Positions 62,441 to 64,000 of a stretch of DNA of 64,000 nucleotides are shown piece by piece. Position numbers and translations under genes: made by a program. Position 1 is the first letter of the stretch. Every line of letters starts with the position of its first letter. The DNA lies in contig NC_068982.1 of the NCBI RefSeq assembly GCF_001194135.2, forward strand, positions 44,756,111-44,820,110, in the 5' to 3' direction. The notes below the pieces were generated by a model, which saw nothing but the letters and a program-made list of their open reading frames with translations, did not search any database and was not told where the DNA came from. The stretch comes from Octopus bimaculoides (taxonomy: Eukaryota).

Positions 62441-62762
62441 ATCTTTTACTTGTTTCAGTCATTAGACTGCAGCCATTATGGGGCACTTTCTTGAAGAGTT
62501 TTTAGTGAAGCAAATTGACCCCAGTACTCTTTTTTTAAAGCCTGGCAATCAGCTTCTTTTGTCAAATTGTTAAGTTACAGGGACAAAAACAAAACAACAC
62601 CAGTTGCCAAACAGAGGTGGAGGAGAAACACAAACACTAAGAAACACGCACTTATATATATACAATGGGCTTTTTTTCAGTTTCCGTCTACTAAATCCAC
62701 TCACAAGGCTTTGGTAAGCCCAAGGCTATAGTATATGACACTTTCCCAAGGTGCCTCACAAT
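62441..62762 (-). mobile_element. SINE family A, diverged, head missing
   Basis: TTTTACTTGTTTCAGTC...CAGTTTCCGTCTACTAAATCCACTCACAAGGCTTTGG. Confidence 0.85.
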
Positions 62763-63146
62763 GAGAAATGCAGCTTAAACCAGACTTAATTATTGTTTTG
62801 GGTGTGTATTATTTGGTTTAGAATAAAATTATAACCACTTTAAATCATGACACTTCAAGAGCAGAATTATTATTAAAAGAAGCATAATTGGTAGGAGTTC
62901 AGTGCTTCCTTCACACACCAACAAAGTTGCAAGGCTCAATATCTCTCAGCCTAGTTAAGTATCTCACTTATTCAGCACCTCCTTGGCTGAGCATTTCTCA
63001 GTTATATGTATATTAAATTACCATGGATTTGTGCTAAGAATCTTGCTTCCCAGCCATATAGTTCTGGGGTTGATTTTTTTAACTTCAAGGTAGTGCCCCA
63101 GCATGGCCACAGTTCAATGACTGAAACAAGTTACAAAATTTTAAAA

Positions 63147-63525
63147 GCACAGGAGTGGCTGTGTGGTAAGTAGCTTGCTTACCAGCCACATGGTTCCAGG
63201 TTCAATCCCACTGCATGGCACCCTGGGTAAGTGACTTCAACTATAGCCTTGTGAGTAAATTTGGTAGACAGAAACTGAAAGAAGCCCGTCGTATATGTAT
63301 GTGTGTATGTGCTTGTGCTTGTGCGTCTGTCCGCCCACCATCGTTTGACAACCAATGTTGGTGTGTTTATGTCCCTGTAACTTAGTGGTTCAGCAAAAGA
63401 GACCGAGAGAATAAGTACTGGGCTTACAAAGAATAAGTACTAAGGTTGATTTGTTCGACTAAAGGCGGTGCTCCAGCATGGCCGCAGTCCAGTAACTGAA
63501 AACAATTAAGGGAGTAAAAGAATAA
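63147..63525 (+). mobile_element. SINE family A, full length
   Basis: GCACAGGAGTGGCTGTGTGGTAAG head to GGAGTAAAAG tail. Confidence 0.92.
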
Positions 63526-64000
63526 ACGATACACAATTTCTATTTTCTCTCTCATCTCCTAAATCACTATTTCTTATTGCTTTCTGTGTATGCTATGAGG
63601 TATCCTTCATCTTATGCCCTTGTGACCAACAAAGATATTACCATTATTGCTGCTGCTGCTGTTGTTGTTGTTATTGTTGTTGCAAATATGAGCATGTGGG
63701 ATGGTGATGGGAACAGTAATCAGAAGAGGATTGATGATATCATCAATGCCATTAGCAACATCTTTAACATGTTATTAACAACACTTGAGATGCCGAACAT
63801 TTCCAAATGTTAAATAATATGATAACATGACACATTTATTTGAGACATCAATGAATGAAATATTTCCCTAGCATCATGTTACATATTTTCACTCAGCAAA
63901 ATATTTTAACCATGTCACCAATATGTGAAATATCTCCCAATTAATGAGATCTGTATATATACATATTATACATACACACAAACACACATATATGTATATA

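Overview
AT-rich, gapped draft animal DNA, most likely an octopus (Octopus sp.) scaffold. This is inferred from the mix of tRNA-derived SINE families, long (TG)n/(TA)n/(CATA)n tracts and RTE/R4 retroelements. No host gene can be named with confidence. The window is dominated by mobile elements and microsatellites. Four recurrent SINE families (labelled A-D here for convenience) occur with hybrids between them. Other elements: a 5'-truncated R4/Dong-clade LINE sitting in a (CATA)n tract (9335-10449); a decayed Ginger/GIN-type integrase transposon with a TGT end at a CCGG site and a palindromic subterminal array (29799-~31900); a Helentron-type HINE carrying a Gypsy integrase C-terminal fragment; a 175-bp Helitron-like element; a mariner fragment; RTE fragments; and several hAT/Tigger-like MITEs. 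A ~1.1-kb unit bounded by perfect 43-bp inverted repeats contains a tRNA-headed repeat with a hammerhead-ribozyme-like core. CpG is visibly depleted from ~48.5 kb onward, suggesting a methylated gene body. A few candidate host exons/ORFs are listed at low confidence. Most long ORFs in the supplied track are microsatellite or N-gap artefacts.
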